From Octopus sinensis (Eukaryota), in assembly GCF_006345805.1 (NCBI RefSeq), contig NW_021827735.1, positions 1 through 9,919 on the forward strand: a stretch of 9,919 bases of DNA. The letters are read 5' to 3'. Below, one piece after another: positions 7,721 through 9,919 of this stretch; the stretch's first letter is position 1, and every line of letters starts with the position of its first letter. Made by a program: the position numbers and the translations under genes. Below the pieces are notes generated by a model. It searched no databases, was not told the DNA's origin, and saw only the letters and a program-made list of their open reading frames with translations.

Positions 7721-7866
7721 GTTGCACAGCTGATCCAAAGATGCGATGGCGAAGGTTTTTCCGACTATATCACCGGGTTCGACTTTGTTTTTCTTCATTT
7801 CCGTGTCAATAAAAGAAATACTCCACAGAAATTGCTGGTCTTGCGACGAAATTTGAAAACTGACAT

Positions 7867-8238
7867 GTGGCTGTGTGGTAAAAAGCTTGCTTACCAACCA
7901 TATGGTTCCGGGTTCAGTCCCACTGCGTGGCACCTTGGGCAAGTGTCCTCTAATATAGCCTCGGGCTGACCAAAGCCTTGTGAGTGGATTTGGTAGACGG
8001 AAACCGAAAGAAGCCCATCATATATATATATGTATATGTTTATGTGTGTGTATGCCTGTTTTTGTCTCTCAACCATCGTTTGACAACCGATGCTGGTGTG
8101 TTTACGCCCCCGTAACTTAGCGGTTCGGCAAAAGTGTTCGATACAATAAGTACTAGTCTTACAAAGAATAAGTTGTGGCGTTAATTCTTCGACAAAAGGT
8201 GGTGCTCCAACTTGACTGCGGACAAATCACTAAAACAA

Positions 8239-8243
<5 letters not shown>
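7867..8243 (+). mobile_element. Near full-length family A SINE, copy A2, lacking about 9 nt at the 5' end
   Basis: Colinear with A1 from gtggctgtgtgg through the B-box, central microsatellite and tail; the 3' module is more diverged. Confidence 0.92.

Positions 8244-8244
<1 letters not shown>

Positions 8245-8282
<38 letters not shown>
8245..8282. repeat. (TA)19 microsatellite abutting the A2 tail
   Basis: Perfect TA run. Confidence 0.95.
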
Positions 8283-8284
<2 letters not shown>

Positions 8285-8509
8285 TAAATAATTTAGATCA
8301 TAGGGTGATAAATTGAATATTAATTTAATAATATCAATTTAAAACCAGTAGCCTAGTATATAGAAAAATCTGAAAATTCAGAAAAATTGTAATACATGCG
8401 TATAATAGGGATGACCACTAAGTGGACATCCAATATGCTAGAAGAAGATTACCTACGATCTAACTACAAAGAACAGAATACTCTCTAGAGAAATTTAGCA
8501 AACACCAGA

Positions 8510-8510
<1 letters not shown>

Positions 8511-8564
<54 letters not shown>

Positions 8565-8615
8565 CATGCAAGCATAATACATACATACATACATACTACA
8601 TACATACATACATAT
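8511..8615. repeat. Compound (CA)n/(TA)n/(TACA)n microsatellite
   Basis: Read directly from the sequence. Confidence 0.92.
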
Positions 8616-8938
8616 ATTTTCTATATCTACTAGTTGAGAGAATTCTAAAGCTACAAATTAGACGCTGCGGAGGAGGAAACATCTGTTTGTATACGAAAGG
8701 TGTCATGTGACATCTAGACAGTGACGTCAAGTAGTCATTGATAAACAGCTCCTAATAACGCTATTCATTGTGAAGATAAGTTGGACATTTAATCGTATTA
8801 AGTAGAAGATGTTTGTGGCTCCGTCGCTTGCCAGATTCAATGATGAATCAACTTCACTAGAGGCTTGTCCATATGTCTTCTTTTTAATTCACTTCATCGT
8901 TGCCTGAATGAGCGGATGAGAGGCGAAACTCTGAATAG

Positions 8939-9144
8939 ACACACATACATACATATATACATAAATACATACATACATACATATATATATATATACATAC
9001 ATTCGAACATATGTGACTACAGGTGTGTGTTTAGTGATTAAGTTCTTTCTGGCCAACCCTATATATACTTGATTGCTTGTGTATACACTCGAGTATATAC
9101 GTGTTATATAAATATATATAATATATATATACATATATATATAT

Positions 9145-9193
<49 letters not shown>

Positions 9194-9200
9194 ACATATA
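8939..9200. repeat. Compound (CA)/(TACA)/(TA)n microsatellite region with a short non-repetitive gap at about 9010-9060
   Basis: Read directly from the sequence. Confidence 0.88.
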
Positions 9201-9406
9201 CTCTTTTACTCTTTACTTGCTTCAGTCATTGACTGCGGCCATGCTGGAGCACCGCTTTTAGTCGAGCAAATCGACCCCGGGACTTATTCTTTGTAAGCAG
9301 TACTTATTCTATCTATCGTCCCTTTTGCCGAACGCTAAGTGAAAGGGACGTAAAACACCAGCATCGGTTGTCAAGCAATGCTAGGGGTACAACACAGACA
9401 CAACAA

Positions 9407-9451
<45 letters not shown>

Positions 9452-9588
9452 CGACAGGCTTCTTTCAGTTTCTGTCTACCAAATCCACTCAAAGGCATTG
9501 GTCGGCACGGGACTATAGCAGAAGACACTTGCCCAAGATGCCCGGAACCATGTGGTTGGTAAGCAAGCTACTTACCACACAGCCACTT
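9201..9588 (-). mobile_element. Family A SINE, copy A3, with an 18-nt deletion removing most of the B-box
   Basis: The reverse complement is highly similar to A1. It reads aagatg|cccggaacc where the reverse complement of A1 reads aagatg-ccacgcagtgggactgaa-cccggaacc. Confidence 0.92.
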
Positions 9589-9680
9589 ATATATATAAGT
9601 ATATATATATAAAACATATACATATAAATACATAGAATATATATATATACATATATATGTGCACATATATATACATACAT
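9589..9680. repeat. (TA)/(TACA)-rich microsatellite
   Basis: Read directly from the sequence. Confidence 0.88.
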
Positions 9681-9864
9681 CGCTCAGAGATGTATTATCA
9701 TGACTTCCTGGGGCTATAAACTACAGTAGCATCGTCCCTTAAGGGTCAGCCACATTTAAGAGGCAAATATACTTCACAATGTCGTGCTGCTACTGTTTAT
9801 ATCTCGCTCAGATATTTATTATTGCTTTCTCCGTCTTCCCTTCCTTGGACCTTTCCTTTTTCTA

Positions 9865-9901
9865 TGTTTCTGACGAAGAGCTCCGCTCGAAACGTTAAAT
9901 G
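9865..9901 (+). ncRNA. Minimal type I hammerhead ribozyme motif (HH2) of Penelope-like element type
   Basis: Helix I UGUUU 9865-9869 pairs with AAAUG 9897-9901 (3 Watson-Crick, 2 G-U). Core CUGACGA 9870-9876, extra A at 9877. Helix II GAGC-UCC-GCUC 9878-9888. GAAA 9889-9892. Palindromic ACGU 9892-9895. Predicted cleavage after GUU (9896). Confidence 0.78.
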
Positions 9902-9919
9902 CTCCTGCTTTCTTTCTTT

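Noticed and set aside
7595-8076. ORFs 7595-7942, 7597-7812, 7613-7969 and 7891-8076
   Set aside because: They run from an unidentified repeat into SINE A2 and show no transposase or other motif I recognise.
1-9919. CRISPR array, rRNA or prokaryotic operon features
   Set aside because: No regularly spaced repeat-spacer array, no rRNA-like sequence and no gene-dense organisation; the DNA looks eukaryotic and intergenic or intronic.

Overview
Eukaryotic non-coding DNA, dense in repeats and rich in AT and microsatellites. The SINE families and the density of (TA)n/(TG)n/(TACA)n tracts resemble octopus (cephalopod) genomic DNA; this is recognition from memory, not a database hit. No host protein-coding gene, tRNA or rRNA can be supported, and most listed ORFs are microsatellite or SINE artefacts. 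The window holds two CR1-type LINE remnants (a 70-codon stop-free ORF2 C-terminal piece at 1-210 and a 3' end at 6180-6320). It also holds five copies of a long tRNA-headed SINE (family A, with a central microsatellite) and two copies of a shorter SINE (family B), one nested in an old A copy with a perfect 18-bp target-site duplication. A partly inverted, unidentified repeat lies at about 6355-7720. The most interesting signals are RNA-level. Two minimal type I hammerhead ribozyme motifs on the + strand (3499-3570, 9865-9901) each have a palindromic helix III of the kind known from Penelope-like elements, and a third, decayed hammerhead-like skeleton lies at 8904-8938. The SINEs share a two-hairpin core joined to three different tails, and inverted SINE pairs could form long dsRNA.
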